The notes under the pieces: model-generated
Seen by the model: the letters and a program-made list of their open reading frames with translations, nothing else
Databases searched by the model: none
Told to the model about the DNA's origin: nothing
Made by a program: the position numbers and the translations under genes
Source of the DNA: a virus
IMG/VR virus record: IMGVR_UViG_3300035698_012504
Span: 250,694-275,542 of that record
Reading direction: 5' to 3' (one strand)
Length of the DNA: 24,849 nucleotides
Shown: piece after piece, positions 6,244 through 15,943 of the stretch
Layout of the letters: each line of letters starts with the position of its first letter
Position numbering within the stretch: position 1 is the first letter of the stretch

Positions 6244-7710
6244 TTATGCACCAGTATCGGAATCTGTAATGGTTAGTGCAGCCAATCCTTCAGGTCTTAT
6301 TACCTTAACCGCATAACGACTTAGGATTGTAAGTGATGGATTGTTACCAAGAGGATAAGGAATTAAGAGTGCTGGTACGTAAGGGGCATACACGCAAACC
6401 GCTTTCATCATTTCTGGGCTTCTGTGTTTCATAATTACTGTACCCTGAGGAACAATACTAGAAACAAGAATCTTCCATTTACCTGAAGATACTGTAGCTG
6501 AACGGTATCCGACATCTCCACCGGCAACACTATCGCCAACATATTCGAAGCCGTTAAGGGATTCAAATACTGCTGCATCAAGTGGGTTACATGCTAATGT
6601 ATTAGCAGGACCGATAAGAGAGGTGTTATACACCTGTGCGGAAAGCTTATTCAGTGTTGGAATAATATTTTCATACCATGCCTTACGACCCCATGTGAAT
6701 CCAGTTGGAGGATTCAGATCAAATGAGTCAGTATGGCTAGATGGGTTGTTGGAACTATTAGCAGTAATAAGCGTACTAATTAGTTGGTTATCAATGTCAA
6801 GAGCAATCTGCTCACCTATGATATTTACAAGCTCACTTTGAAGCTTAATATCATAAAGAGCCTGAATGTCTTGTTCCATATTCACTGTCCATTCTGCAGA
6901 GATTCGTCTGTCTACGACTTTGAATCTTATCTTTTCAACGTCGAACTTGACAGTCGGGTTAATTGTGTTTTCTTCTAGAGACGCATATCCCTGGAAGCCT
7001 ATTTCAGCTACTTCGCCTGTCGCTGAACTCCAGGTCAGTAGACCGTTTAAGTAATCAACATGACCACTTACGGTATCTGGACCTGCATTTGTGGTAACGT
7101 CAAAAGAGAAATTACCGTCGACATCGGCTTGCCAATCAACGGCAACGTATCCACCAGTTTGATCATAAATACCGGTGATTTTGAAATCTTTTTCAAGGTG
7201 TGAGTCAGTGCTATCCAGTGAGACCTCAGCTAGCACATCGTGATTTTGACCCTCAGTTGCTGTAGCAGCTACGCTGATACCAATAGAAGGACCACGAGAG
7301 ATATCTGTGGAGGTTGAAGGGAATGCATGATCATAGCCACTATCAACGTGACGTTTGAATGAAGGTCTTATAAATCCTTTGATTACATCGGGCTTATCAA
7401 TAGGCATTACATTAACTAATTCTTTCGCGACTAGTTTCGGATAGAATACGCGAAGTATAGGTAGTGTCATTGTCTCATATGGATTCAGTTGGAACATGCT
7501 GTTTTCCATCAGGTTTAGACGAGTATTCTCGGCTAATTGACTGAAGTCATCAGCTTGGTCCGTAGGTAGACCTTCGGCTAGGTTCTTTGCATAGTACTTA
7601 AAGCTCTCTGGGCTTGCAAGCATCTGACGGAAACCTTGAGGCGAACGTACGTCTAGACCAGTGTTGCGTTTTGTAGCATTATATGTTTCTTGTAGTAAAT
7701 GTTGCATCAT
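6244..7710 (-). CDS. Major capsid protein, T4 gp23-like
   Basis: 'VCVYAPYVPAL' matches T4 gp23 'GIYYAPYVALT'. 'AEWTVNMEQDIQALYDIKLQSELVNIIGEQIALDIDNQLI' matches gp23 'AAYSIELAQDLRAVHGMDADAELSGILATEIMLEINREVV'. The C-terminal 'VKVIRPEG' matches 'RRVYVKGI'. The protein is 488 aa. Confidence 0.8.
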   Translation of the reverse strand: MMQHLLQETYNATKRNTGLDVRSPQGFRQMLASPESFKYYAKNLAEGLPTDQADDFSQLAENTRLNLMENSMFQLNPYETMTLPILRVFYPKLVAKELVNVMPIDKPDVIKGFIRPSFKRHVDSGYDHAFPSTSTDISRGPSIGISVAATATEGQNHDVLAEVSLDSTDSHLEKDFKITGIYDQTGGYVAVDWQADVDGNFSFDVTTNAGPDTVSGHVDYLNGLLTWSSATGEVAEIGFQGYASLEENTINPTVKFDVEKIRFKVVDRRISAEWTVNMEQDIQALYDIKLQSELVNIIGEQIALDIDNQLISTLITANSSNNPSSHTDSFDLNPPTGFTWGRKAWYENIIPTLNKLSAQVYNTSLIGPANTLACNPLDAAVFESLNGFEYVGDSVAGGDVGYRSATVSSGKWKILVSSIVPQGTVIMKHRSPEMMKAVCVYAPYVPALLIPYPLGNNPSLTILSRYAVKVIRPEGLAALTITDSDTGA

Positions 7711-7734
7711 TTTACTTACTCCTTTTTTATTTTT

Positions 7735-8127
7735 CTAAAATTTGTCTGGAATTTTTAAACTTAATCGTTCCTCAATATTCCGTAGACTTTCAAAGTCTTT
7801 ATTATCAATTCCTTGTAACATGTTTACAATATTAATTCTGCTCTTCCCTATTAAAACTCCTTCTCGATTTAAGGTATTAATCAGGGATAGAACCCGCTTC
7901 AAAGCTTTCTCTTTACTAAATTCTTTAGTTAGATCAGTTAGTTCGGTTTTTATATCAATTATCTTAGCTCTGTAGCTCTTACTCTCTTCCTTCGCCTCCT
8001 CAAGTTTCGACTGAGCTCTCTCGATTTCCTCATCAGTCTTTGTCAATACCACCTGAGAAAGATAAAATAGTAAATTCTCATTACTTATTAATTTTCCATC
8101 AACTCTATTTAGCGACTTTACTATCAT
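7735..8127 (-). CDS. Hypothetical coiled-coil protein; could be scaffold-like or an assembly factor, located just upstream of the capsid gene
   Basis: A 130-aa protein with a Glu/Lys-rich heptad-like central region ('EEIERAQSKLEEAKEESKSYRAKIIDIKTELTDLTKEF'). The conserved motif TGAGGACAAATT overlaps its ribosome-binding site. Confidence 0.45.
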   Translation of the reverse strand: MIVKSLNRVDGKLISNENLLFYLSQVVLTKTDEEIERAQSKLEEAKEESKSYRAKIIDIKTELTDLTKEFSKEKALKRVLSLINTLNREGVLIGKSRINIVNMLQGIDNKDFESLRNIEERLSLKIPDKF

Positions 8128-8132
8128 TTGTT

Positions 8133-8144
8133 AATTTGTCCTCA
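8133..8144 (-). promoter_or_regulatory. Conserved motif TGAGGACAAATT, copy 1 of 3
   Basis: An exact 12-mer shared with 17644-17655 and 22844-22855. Here it sits 6-17 nt upstream of the ATG of gene 7735..8127, so its GAGGA doubles as the Shine-Dalgarno sequence. Confidence 0.4.
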
Positions 8145-8173
8145 AAATAATTTCTCAACTTTAGCACTAAGCT

Positions 8174-8455
8174 CTAAACTAATAGTTCTTGCAGAAGTTG
8201 GTCTTTGGCTTTTAAATTTTCATACTTTAATGTTGCTACATCTGTTCTTATCTTTTCAACTGTAACTATAGATTTTTCAATAGTTTGATTTGATTTTTTA
8301 CATTTAATATCTAGTTCAGAAATTTTAATATTTATTTTATTAATTAAATGTTGCTTTGGTATCCTACCATTAGTTCTAACATATTCTGAAACAGCCTCAA
8401 AAAGAGTCTCTCCAGAAATATTTCCATTAGATGTATGTATAATTTTTGTTTTCAT
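8174..8455 (-). CDS. Hypothetical protein
   Basis: A 93-aa ORF in the structural cluster with no recognisable motif. Confidence 0.4.
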   Translation of the reverse strand: MKTKIIHTSNGNISGETLFEAVSEYVRTNGRIPKQHLINKINIKISELDIKCKKSNQTIEKSIVTVEKIRTDVATLKYENLKAKDQLLQELLV

Positions 8456-8466
8456 TTCTATCCTTT

Positions 8467-9885
8467 CTATGAGATACTAGGAGTATATGCTAATCTAAAT
8501 CCTGTTAAAGACCCGATTGAGGCGTCTGTTCTAACCAAACGTAAATTAAAGAACCCAGTCTCATTTCTAGGTATCTTCCAATATCCTCCTCTTGTAGGCC
8601 TGATCGACCCTCTATAAACACTAGTATGGCCATAACTATGTCCATTTAAATCTCTACACCAAGAAGGATCAATTAAAGCTTGTTGTAATAAATATTTATC
8701 TGATTGTGGGACATTACTATCATCATCATATGCTGCCGTAGTTGGCATATCTGTCCATTCACATCGTTTACTACCATTTATAGTATATAAATTTGAAGAA
8801 ACATCTAATTGTGGAGTATATGCTCCGCCTTTATTATATGCCGCAGAAGATATTATGTCTGTTCCAGCAGCGGCAGAAATAGTAGATGTTTTATTATATC
8901 TTGGTATAAATAATTGCCCATTATTAACAGCAAACCCGTTAATCCATTCTTCTTTATTTCCAATTGCATCTGCTATACCTGTAACTTCTCCATTATGTGT
9001 CCAACTTAATGGGCCACTACCAGTGTAGGTTGTACCATCTCCAGATTCTGTTCCAGGTACTAATCCATCAACTCTTACTCCTGACTGATAATTATAATTT
9101 GGACTTATATTATCACCGGCGAAATTTGGATCATATCTTCCATACCATGTATTTCCACCTGGATTATGTCCAGAAGCTAGACCATCAAATACCATAGCTG
9201 ACCATTCCCAATTCGTCATCATATGCCATCCAACTCCTTTATTAGAAGCTGCCGCAGCGGAATCTAAATAAGAAATTCCTGAAGTAGGATTGAATCCAGG
9301 CATAGAGAAATAAGAATTTCCTTCTGATGCAGATATAAACTGACCTATAAATATTTCATCATGGTAATCAAAAGTACCATCTGATGCTTTATATTTAAAT
9401 GCAGGGTGATAACCACTACCACAATAATTAGTAGACTTAATTAAATATTCCTGATTGGGATAAGAGGTAAATGTTCCCTCGTCTATCCCTTGTATTGCTA
9501 AATCTATCAGGTATACATAATCATCAGTTACTGAATCTACCTGATACCTATTCGGAGTTGGCATCACAGAGTAAAGAGTATTTGTAGCACCTACTGATGG
9601 TTCGGGAGGAACATAATGAACATAATCTCCCTCCTCTATTGGACGAATACCATCTGATTTAATTCTATTATCTATTTGGAAATTAATTATTCCTAATGGA
9701 TGTATTTCATCGGCATAATAATCAAGGATAGGTATTTTGTTAAAATTTTTATCCTCTACTTCAAATCTATTCAATATATACATATATGACGGCACACCAT
9801 TGGTGTCATATAAAACTGTTATCTTACCACCAGTCAATGATTCGACTGAAGATCTTAATCCATCTTTTACAAAAATATTAGGCAT
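8467..9885 (-). CDS. Paralogue A of a duplicated structural or carbohydrate-binding protein carrying FGE/SUMF1-like (C-type-lectin-fold) signature motifs
   Basis: It shares many blocks with ORF 9916..11415: 'TVLYD..G.PS.MY', 'GYHPAFKYK' with 'GIHPAFICG', 'EIFIGQF' with 'EIFVGQF', 'GWHMMTNWEWSAMVF' with 'GWHAMNLWEWSAIAF', and 'YTGSGPLSWTHNGEVTGIADAIGNKEEWINGF' with 'YTGSGPKSFRHNNDFTGISDIVSPNGEFIGGIF'. The 'T.NWEWSA' and 'GNKEEW' blocks resemble the FGE motifs 'PTEAEWEYAA' and 'GNVWEW'. Confidence 0.55.
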   Translation of the reverse strand: MPNIFVKDGLRSSVESLTGGKITVLYDTNGVPSYMYILNRFEVEDKNFNKIPILDYYADEIHPLGIINFQIDNRIKSDGIRPIEEGDYVHYVPPEPSVGATNTLYSVMPTPNRYQVDSVTDDYVYLIDLAIQGIDEGTFTSYPNQEYLIKSTNYCGSGYHPAFKYKASDGTFDYHDEIFIGQFISASEGNSYFSMPGFNPTSGISYLDSAAAASNKGVGWHMMTNWEWSAMVFDGLASGHNPGGNTWYGRYDPNFAGDNISPNYNYQSGVRVDGLVPGTESGDGTTYTGSGPLSWTHNGEVTGIADAIGNKEEWINGFAVNNGQLFIPRYNKTSTISAAAGTDIISSAAYNKGGAYTPQLDVSSNLYTINGSKRCEWTDMPTTAAYDDDSNVPQSDKYLLQQALIDPSWCRDLNGHSYGHTSVYRGSIRPTRGGYWKIPRNETGFFNLRLVRTDASIGSLTGFRLAYTPSIS

Positions 9886-9915
9886 GTTCTTTTCTCCTCA
9901 AATAAACTATTCAGT

Positions 9916-11415
9916 TTACGGTATAAATGCAACTCGTGGTGCTTCCAAATTGTCATATTTTCTTACATTAAATCCAAAAGGCCCACCAACATTATCCGCA
10001 GTTCCAGAACCGGTAGATGAATCTCCTACACCTCTTTGCATGAAGTAAAAGGTTGAATCGCCTGCTGCTGTAGCTAGTTCGTCGGATGGGAATCCGCCAG
10101 TAATAACTGCTTCTTTTGCTGTTTGATTTGCAGTCGATACAGCTCTCCATATACCTCCACTAGCCATTAAGGAAAGTCTCATAAGTCTAACTAAATCATC
10201 ATAATTAGAATCTGCTAATGATTCTGCATGAAAATCAAGCGTTGAACTAGGAGGATATTGGTTCCATGAACTTGAATGAGCCAATCCACTATAGTCGGAT
10301 GCCAACCCATCAGATGTTCCTATTATATCACAGATCCCACCAGCAGATGGTTCTTTAAATGATAACCATCCATTTCCACCACCACCAACCCCATCCTGAG
10401 TCCACTCTAATGTATTGGCTGCACTAGTAATTCCATATTTTCTTTCGGCTTCAAAACTATTAAAAGAATTAAATCGAATCTGTCCAGAGTGAATAAAAAT
10501 CCCACCTATAAACTCTCCGTTTGGAGACACGATATCAGAGATTCCGGTAAAATCATTATTATGACGGAAACTTTTTGGACCAGATCCTGTATAGTAATCA
10601 TTTGATGTAAGATTATATGCTGGGGTTACAGTCTCATATGGGTAACTCGCATTTGGACTTCTAACCGATCTATCTATACCCAAATATCTATTATCTCCAT
10701 AATCATATGAAGATGATGTACCTATACCTCTAACAGTTGTTTCATTTGATAAAATTTGAAAAGCAATTGCTGACCATTCCCACAGATTCATAGCATGCCA
10801 ACCAGGACCTTTTACAATCATTGACTGTCTTATATAATCATAATCATATCCAACTTGATCCTGTACAAGTGTACGTGGAAGAGAATGAAAAGTATTATTG
10901 ATTATAGACGATCTAAACTGTCCTACAAATATTTCTGATTTATATCCAGGGCTATATGTCTCGTGGGGACCACATATAAATGCTGGATGGATTCCATGAC
11001 CCATTAATCCCTGTATCCACATTCCAGTCTCATTTATATCACCCCATGCGATTGCTGCTACTGGATTTGTCTGAATTCTAAATGTATTAACATCTGGTAC
11101 AGAACTAACTACAACATCTTGACCATGCCAATCTGATGATGGTCTTTCCCCGACTATTGTTATTACATCGCCAGCGGTTAATCCATGAGCAGTATATACT
11201 ATTTCTCTAGTATTAACATCAGGACTACCACTAGCGGTGACACTTGTAAATGGTATATACATCGCAGTAGGATCGACTGATATAATATCAAATCTAGGGA
11301 TTACATACATTTGAGAAGGTATTCCTGCTGCATCATATAAAACTGTATTTTGTCCACCACTAGCACCTTCTACTGCTAATCTATATGGATCTTTAATTAA
11401 AATATTAAAGCTCAT
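9916..11415 (-). CDS. Paralogue B of the same family as 8467..9885
   Basis: See paralogue A. This copy is 499 aa and has a Gly-rich insert ('VGGGGNGW'). It overlaps the upstream gene by 11 nt. Confidence 0.55.
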   Translation of the reverse strand: MSFNILIKDPYRLAVEGASGGQNTVLYDAAGIPSQMYVIPRFDIISVDPTAMYIPFTSVTASGSPDVNTREIVYTAHGLTAGDVITIVGERPSSDWHGQDVVVSSVPDVNTFRIQTNPVAAIAWGDINETGMWIQGLMGHGIHPAFICGPHETYSPGYKSEIFVGQFRSSIINNTFHSLPRTLVQDQVGYDYDYIRQSMIVKGPGWHAMNLWEWSAIAFQILSNETTVRGIGTSSSYDYGDNRYLGIDRSVRSPNASYPYETVTPAYNLTSNDYYTGSGPKSFRHNNDFTGISDIVSPNGEFIGGIFIHSGQIRFNSFNSFEAERKYGITSAANTLEWTQDGVGGGGNGWLSFKEPSAGGICDIIGTSDGLASDYSGLAHSSSWNQYPPSSTLDFHAESLADSNYDDLVRLMRLSLMASGGIWRAVSTANQTAKEAVITGGFPSDELATAAGDSTFYFMQRGVGDSSTGSGTADNVGGPFGFNVRKYDNLEAPRVAFIP

Positions 11416-11755
11416 TCTCTTCTTCCTCCATATTAAAACTTTCCATGATTATATTTTTCGGTAATTTAAATAAATTAAGAAATATAATGTCTTCTGATTT
11501 CTTTTTATTTTCGTCAGAGGAAAGTACCATATTTTTATTAATTGATAATTTACCTACAATGTAATCACCACTCGTTCCTAATATTAGTTTATAATTTAAT
11601 GCAGATATTGTAATCGTTTGACTTTTGTTATTAATTGTTTCATTTAAATCTACTTTTAACGACTGGGAAAAATCATTATATAAAGATAGCGTCAAAATAT
11701 TTTCATCTATCTTATATAATACAGTCGGGTTACCTCTCTTAAATACTTTGATCAT
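11405..11755 (-). CDS. Hypothetical protein
   Basis: A 116-aa ORF coupled to both neighbours (overlap with the downstream gene, and a 1-nt gap to the upstream gene). Confidence 0.4.
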   Translation of the reverse strand: MIKVFKRGNPTVLYKIDENILTLSLYNDFSQSLKVDLNETINNKSQTITISALNYKLILGTSGDYIVGKLSINKNMVLSSDENKKKSEDIIFLNLFKLPKNIIMESFNMEEEENEL

Positions 11756-11756
11756 T

Positions 11757-12986
11757 CTACTCTAATCCTTTCTTTGTAACAGTCCATTTAAATCTAATTT
11801 TATCTACATCTCCCCTACTTTGAACTAAAAATCCAGTTCTATATCTCTCTACAGGTTCAACTGCAGCAAATTGGTGTGGGGATCCTGAATAGGAAATAAC
11901 ATCTATATCTATATTATAATCTTGTGTACCTATGTCTCTATCAAAATTTATCATTGTAGCTCTTGGTGAAAAATGAACGTTGGCTTGAGTTATAGCATCG
12001 TTCTCCCACGCCGTAGACATATAATATGGATCAATATTATAAGTAGGAAAAAAGTCCTCAGAGGCGCTGAGTGCATTCTGAACTGGTAACCCATATTTTC
12101 CATTTCCAAACTCATCTCGAATTATATCATGTGAAAGCACATTTGTAAGATTATTCCCAGTATGATTTGCAGGTACATGATAAGCATATGCTACAATAAC
12201 ATGTTCTTTAGTTATCACTTTAACATCAGAATCTATCTCAGATAAATCTGTTTGCCACCCATCTATTTCAAACGGACCTAAGTCATAAGCTTTAACTAAT
12301 TCTCCAACTACGGATCCAGAATATGGATTAGCAGAGTAGGGACCTAGTAATTGTGGTAGATATCTAAATGAATTGTTTATCTGTTCTTCTGAAAATAAAG
12401 TCGAAACTGTATCTATTACATAATTATTTTCGCCAGCCAAATACGGATATCCAACAGCAGCTAGATAATAAACAACAGGATATGATTCATCATTTTCAGG
12501 AATAGTTAAATATGAACCATTATCAATCGGATGTAATTTTCCATCAACGTATACATAACTATAATCTAACCCAGCTGGATATATCTTCCTACTTGTTAAT
12601 ACATTTTCTGGAGTATACCATGTCTGATTTATTACACCTGTTGCGACTGCGGCTGGGGTTTCAGAGTACGCAGCAATACCTCTATTATATATAGTATCTT
12701 CCCCATTTATTATTTCTCGAGATATATTAGATAAATTCTTAGATACTTTGCCAACCATATACAATGCATATGTTGACATTAATTGTGAGTCAGCAGCATT
12801 TAAAAATGCGACTCCACCATCATCTGAACCATTTCCTATTCGTAAAGTATTATCTGATACACTGACACCACTCTGTGGGCCGCTATCAAATGTTTTATTC
12901 AATGTAAATGCTGGTTCGCCTCTGACCAATAAGTGATCATCCACATAGGTCGTGTCACCTCTTTTTAATTTTATAAGAGTTGCCAT
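11757..12986 (-). CDS. Tail-fibre / receptor-binding-like protein
   Basis: The N-terminus 'MATLIKLKRGDTTYVDDHLLVRGEPAFTLNKT...LRIGNGSD' matches the widespread conserved N-terminal module of phage tail-fibre proteins (M-A-x-I-x-L-(K/R)-R-G...GEP...DT..L.IGDG). The remainder is Tyr/Asn/Gly-rich, consistent with a beta-rich fibre. Confidence 0.55.
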   Translation of the reverse strand: MATLIKLKRGDTTYVDDHLLVRGEPAFTLNKTFDSGPQSGVSVSDNTLRIGNGSDDGGVAFLNAADSQLMSTYALYMVGKVSKNLSNISREIINGEDTIYNRGIAAYSETPAAVATGVINQTWYTPENVLTSRKIYPAGLDYSYVYVDGKLHPIDNGSYLTIPENDESYPVVYYLAAVGYPYLAGENNYVIDTVSTLFSEEQINNSFRYLPQLLGPYSANPYSGSVVGELVKAYDLGPFEIDGWQTDLSEIDSDVKVITKEHVIVAYAYHVPANHTGNNLTNVLSHDIIRDEFGNGKYGLPVQNALSASEDFFPTYNIDPYYMSTAWENDAITQANVHFSPRATMINFDRDIGTQDYNIDIDVISYSGSPHQFAAVEPVERYRTGFLVQSRGDVDKIRFKWTVTKKGLE

Positions 12987-12997
12987 TTTATTTTCTC

Positions 12998-14377
12998 CTA
13001 ACTTAATTCTGTAAGACTAATTTCGCTAAATACCAATCCATCTATTGAGCCTCTATATGTTACTCCCTGAGTAAAATCAGTTATTCCGAGTAACTCTGTA
13101 ACTAAACCTTCAGGGCGTCCATATTCGTCTCCAACTGGCTGGTTCCATTCCCACCCATGCCCAATCATTTCTAATGTAATTTTATGATTAACAGATTCAG
13201 GCATTACAAGAATTTCATCCACCGTATGTTCTACACCATATGCATATGTATTTTGGCTAACCTCTCCCAATATATTTAAATTGTTAGTCAAATCTCCAGA
13301 CGTTACTCCGAATATGCCTTCATCGGCTGCACACCCTATTGCGCTATATGGTTGATCCCCATAATAAATTTTAGTATTGAGAGTGAAATTTATATTGTCT
13401 GATCCATAATGAATATATTTTATTCTCAGATGGTAAGCTTTTCCGCCAATTACATTTACATATGTGGTATAAAGAAAAACACTACTTTCGCTGGTATGTC
13501 TACGAAGAACTTTATAATTATTTCCATATCTAATATACATACTAAGATCAAATTCTACATCAAAAAGAGTTCTATGAGAAGGGACCACAGGCCACGGAAA
13601 TAGATTTATATCTTCTCCTAGTTCTTCTCCATTCACTTCATCCCATTGCCAGATTTCTTGTCTAGTAATAGAGGAATCCTCTGGGTGTACAATTGTTATA
13701 CCGCTCTCTTGAATTAAATTTGGTACTAAACTATCATTTAAATCTATTTGTATAATTCCAAGTACACATATATATTCTTTAAACTTCTCATAGGTGTTCT
13801 CATTAACCAAACATAAGTATGCAGATTTATATAAATCAGGATTATAATATACTACAGCCATAACATACTGAGTACTTCTTTTGATCTGTGGACAATAACT
13901 TCCAGGTTGAGTAGGATCTCCGGATTCATGTAAATATGAATTCCTAGCATTATATTGGGTTGTTACTTGTCCCTGTATTGGATGAGGATTGCTATAAACA
14001 GTTAGATAAGTTCTTTGTGTTATCTCTATTAAAGTATTCTTTATAACACAATTTCCGCGAGTTACTGCAATTCTAATTGCTTGTCCAGAATTTACAAAAG
14101 CGTTATCTTCAGTAGACCCTCTCTCTTGATTAAGTATCTCGTTTGTGTCTGATGTAATTATTGTCAACGGGCCATATATATACGCAAAAGTAGAAGTTAA
14201 TTCTTCTGGCTGTGCGCAGACACCAGTCGCTTTCTTTAAATTAGATTCATTTGAAGTAGTGTATTCTGGAGAAAATGCTTGTACAATTTTTCCTATGTTC
14301 TCCGCACTATTTTCAGAGAAAGTATCTAATATAGATGTTTGCTCTGGCCTAACTTTAGGATACTGTTTTGCTGGCAT
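12998..14377 (-). CDS. Hypothetical virion protein, probably fibre- or baseplate-associated
   Basis: A 459-aa Asn/Tyr/Thr-rich protein placed between the fibre-like gene and the other structural genes. I recognise no catalytic motif. Confidence 0.45.
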   Translation of the reverse strand: MPAKQYPKVRPEQTSILDTFSENSAENIGKIVQAFSPEYTTSNESNLKKATGVCAQPEELTSTFAYIYGPLTIITSDTNEILNQERGSTEDNAFVNSGQAIRIAVTRGNCVIKNTLIEITQRTYLTVYSNPHPIQGQVTTQYNARNSYLHESGDPTQPGSYCPQIKRSTQYVMAVVYYNPDLYKSAYLCLVNENTYEKFKEYICVLGIIQIDLNDSLVPNLIQESGITIVHPEDSSITRQEIWQWDEVNGEELGEDINLFPWPVVPSHRTLFDVEFDLSMYIRYGNNYKVLRRHTSESSVFLYTTYVNVIGGKAYHLRIKYIHYGSDNINFTLNTKIYYGDQPYSAIGCAADEGIFGVTSGDLTNNLNILGEVSQNTYAYGVEHTVDEILVMPESVNHKITLEMIGHGWEWNQPVGDEYGRPEGLVTELLGITDFTQGVTYRGSIDGLVFSEISLTELS

Positions 14378-14388
14378 TAAATCCTCCC

Positions 14389-15000
14389 TTATTCATCATC
14401 TATAAGACCAATTGATGTTAAGATTCCACCATCAACTATACTAGGAACCCCAAATGCATAGGTTGATCTTTCTAATGGAGGTATAACACTAGGGTCACTA
14501 TATTGTACTAATGAAATTTGCCATGCGTTCTCTACATATTCAACATACGCCGCCCCTAAAAATAAATAGTTATCGGGGTAAGTAGAGTAAATAGTTTTAT
14601 TTTTTATAACTCTCAAATATGCAGTTGGTCTAGGAAGACGTCTACTATACTGATAATCAACTACTACATAGTACCATCCTTCACTATTAAATAAAACATC
14701 ACCTTCATCTGATTCATCTACGTACATTAATCTATCTGTAAAGTCAACTTGATATTCCTCAGTTATATGAATTAAAACATCATCTTTTATACAAAGCCCG
14801 GCGCTGACGTCGATTGTAGAATAAGGAGCCTCTGAATTTACTGGGTCATCTGAAATAGATAATCTAAATGATGTTGAGGAGTGTAAAATTACGTCGCGGC
14901 CGCCAGTAATGACCCTGGTAAATCTATTAATAACTGAACTCCAACGATTTGAGTCATATGGATCTAAACTTCTTTGTTGTGTTAATACTGGTAGTGCCAT
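14389..15000 (-). CDS. Hypothetical virion protein
   Basis: A 203-aa ORF tightly packed with its neighbours: 2 nt separate it from the HNH gene and 11 nt from the downstream gene. Confidence 0.45.
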   Translation of the reverse strand: MALPVLTQQRSLDPYDSNRWSSVINRFTRVITGGRDVILHSSTSFRLSISDDPVNSEAPYSTIDVSAGLCIKDDVLIHITEEYQVDFTDRLMYVDESDEGDVLFNSEGWYYVVVDYQYSRRLPRPTAYLRVIKNKTIYSTYPDNYLFLGAAYVEYVENAWQISLVQYSDPSVIPPLERSTYAFGVPSIVDGGILTSIGLIDDE

Positions 15001-15002
15001 GT

Positions 15003-15893
15003 TTACATAACTCCTTCTAATTTTAAAGAATTAATATATTTTAAAAATTCTTCTTGCTTATATTTACCACTTTTTTTCTTATTATCCATCTCAGTTAAAA
15101 ATTGTAAATTACTTTCACCATTTATAATATCTAAATCATAAATGTTATTTTCAACAAATGCTTTTATTGGAAAAATATGATCAATATGAATTTTTAAATT
15201 ATTTATATTATATTTCTTTCTGAATTTTCTTTTATATGATGAACTTAAAGAATGAATTCTTTTAATCGACCTTATTTTACTTCTATCTGGATTCCAATTA
15301 GAACTGTTTTCTCCGGAAAGTTTATCTATTTTACAATAAATACATCGTTGGCCCCTTTTAAAATTACTAAAAGTAATTTTTGATGTATTTCCGCAATTGC
15401 ACTTATATTTTAAAGGAATTTCACATGTAATATATTTATCTAATAAAACACAATCTCTTTCTTTAAAATAACTATTCACCTCTTCTTGAGAGTATCTATG
15501 ACTATTCGCTCTTCGTTTTATTCCACATTTTTTACATCTACTTCCTTCCTTAAAACGACCAAGAACTGTACTAGAAATATTTCCACAAACACACCTATAC
15601 TTTACAGGACTATTATTATTCTTATATTTGTCCAGTAATTTACATCCTTCTTTTTTAAATATATATTCAACCTCTTTTTGAGAATGTTTCTTTTTACTAG
15701 ATCTTTTCTTTATTCCACAGCTCATACATCGCTTACCTTCTCTAAAATGATAAAGAGAAATCTTAGACTCATTCCCACAAATACATCTATACTTCATAGG
15801 AATATCACAATTATTATATTCTTCTGCTAAAAGTTCACAACCTTCCTTCTTAAATATTTCTCTAACTGTTTCTAACGTATATTTCCTATTCAT
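15003..15893 (-). CDS. Free-standing HNH endonuclease with three tandem zinc-ribbon repeats (homing-endonuclease-like)
   Basis: It contains three repeats of about 48 aa of the form 'F.KEGC.LL..Y.N...P.KY.C.CGN.S......F..G.RC..CG'. The C-terminal HNH core is 'KIHIDHIFPIKAF...NGESNLQFL'. An AGGAAAT ribosome-binding site is present. The gene is inserted between the prohead protease gene and the structural genes. Confidence 0.7.
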   Translation of the reverse strand: MNRKYTLETVREIFKKEGCELLAEEYNNCDIPMKYRCICGNESKISLYHFREGKRCMSCGIKKRSSKKKHSQKEVEYIFKKEGCKLLDKYKNNNSPVKYRCVCGNISSTVLGRFKEGSRCKKCGIKRRANSHRYSQEEVNSYFKERDCVLLDKYITCEIPLKYKCNCGNTSKITFSNFKRGQRCIYCKIDKLSGENSSNWNPDRSKIRSIKRIHSLSSSYKRKFRKKYNINNLKIHIDHIFPIKAFVENNIYDLDIINGESNLQFLTEMDNKKKSGKYKQEEFLKYINSLKLEGVM

Positions 15894-15943
15894 ATCAATC
15901 CTAACGTTTTACAACTCAGATTTATTCCCAATATCATATTTAA

